Shown piece by piece: positions 63,819-64,000 of a DNA stretch of 64,000 nucleotides. A program made the position numbers and the translations under genes. The notes beneath the pieces were generated by a model. The model worked only from the letters and a program-made list of their open reading frames with translations. It was not told the origin of the DNA and searched no databases. Numbering within the stretch: position 1 is the first letter of the stretch; the number at the start of each line of letters is the position of its first letter. Origin of the DNA: Tubiluchus corallicola (lineage: Eukaryota; Animalia; Priapulida); NCBI GenBank assembly GCA_030141605.1, contig JAQGDQ010000497.1:1-64000 (forward strand). The letters are read 5' to 3'.

Positions 63819-64000
63819 CTGTTGTTGTTGTTGTTGTTGTTGTTCGTCCTTCATAGTCGAAGAGGACCATGACTTCATTCTGACATCATAGGATGGGTAC
63901 GGAGGTGGCTTATAAGCCCGATTCTTGCTGAGAACCTCCTCCTGCAATGAGGACATGAGAATGGTGTATCTTGATAGGCATTGCGTTGTCTGTCTTTTCT
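63819..64000 (-). mobile_element. 3' end of a second RTE-clade LINE family, (CAA)n tail
   Basis: Minus strand: FSCPHCRRRFSARIGLISHLRTH..* then 3' UTR gtcatggtcctcttcgactatgaaggacg(aac)n. Confidence 0.88.

Overview
AT-rich, intron-containing eukaryotic genomic DNA from an invertebrate animal; the 5S-derived sequence looks lophotrochozoan-like, which is an inference. There is no prokaryotic content and no CRISPR array. I reconstructed three spliced genes by eye from splice sites and frame continuity. (1) A + strand single-pass membrane protein with three fibronectin type-III domains and a ~15-aa cytoplasmic tail (exons 13057-27504, start exon not found). (2) A complete 18-exon ORC1 on the - strand (56149->30744, ~1197 aa, BAH + long disordered linker + AAA+ + winged helix). 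(3) The first four exons of PRPF38A on the + strand (58527-63295), head-to-head with ORC1 as in humans. The rest is repeats: a 5S rRNA-headed SINE whose 3' tail matches an RTE LINE fragment in the same window, two hammerhead-ribozyme-like cores, two solo LTRs with 5-bp TSDs, Tigger/pogo-, hAT-, piggyBac- and Kolobok-like MITEs, LINE 3' ends, a 2.8-kb 25-bp satellite and a large fold-back of (GACA)n arrays. Almost all ORF-track entries outside these exons are spurious. All calls are manual; no alignments or searches were run.
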